DNA of 64,000 nucleotides from a virus (Duplodnaviria; Caudoviricetes): IMG/VR virus record IMGVR_UViG_3300031134_000004, positions 64,001 to 128,000 of that record; one strand, 5' to 3'. Shown piece by piece: positions 63,878 to 64,000 of this stretch (position 1 is its first letter; each line of letters starts with the position of its first letter). The notes under the pieces were generated by a model. It saw only the letters and a program-made list of their open reading frames with translations, ran no database searches and was not told where the DNA came from. The position numbers and the translations under genes were made by a program.

Positions 63878-63943
63878 TGTTTCCTTGTAAGGGGGTTTTT
63901 AAGAGGGAGTTGTCTTCCCTCTTTTTTTTTTTTGGCTTGGAGA

Positions 63944-63982
63944 CGGCATAAACGGCTGGGGAATTCCCCAGCCTCTATGACG
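63944..63982 (-). terminator. CGTCATA-hairpin-TATGCCG element in reverse orientation
   Basis: cggcata-aacggctgggg-aatt-ccccagcctc-tatgacg. Confidence 0.6.
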
Positions 63983-64000
63983 CTTTTCTTGTTACCACTT

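Noticed and set aside
1-64000. Stop-codon reassignment
   Set aside because: Genes end cleanly at TAA, TAG and TGA with coupled downstream starts, and coding density is high under the standard code.

Overview
This window is a 64-kb segment of a phiKZ-like (Chimalliviridae-type) jumbo phage, almost entirely on the + strand. GC content, estimated by eye, is a little above 50%. The dcd and nrdJ genes look betaproteobacterial, so a Ralstonia/Oxalobacteraceae-type host is plausible but not shown. Layout: 1-15.6 kb is the conserved virion block (baseplate wedge-like gene, inner-head proteins with protease A/S-x-E sites, hub-like gene; order and sizes recall phiKZ gp87-gp101). 16-19.8 kb holds fibre-like genes and a permuted papain-like enzyme. 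20-32 kb is an accessory block with a P-loop kinase, NADAR, an ART-like gene, thyA, an HNH-like gene and a Tad1-like fusion. 32.4-39.6 kb is a collagen-fibre / triple beta-propeller cassette. 40.07-41.07 kb is about 1 kb of densely base-paired non-coding sequence. 41-64 kb contains early/accessory genes with split class II ribonucleotide reductase, dCTP deaminase, paralog arrays, a tRNA-like element with a large insertion and a second structured non-coding region. The best leads are the ~1 kb structured RNA, the Tad1-like sponge fusion, the NADAR plus ART-like pair, the modular stalk/propeller cassette, the interrupted tRNA-like RNA and a directional CGTCATA-hairpin-TATGCCG element at transcription-unit boundaries. 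All homology calls are from motif recognition by eye; no database searches or folding programs were run.
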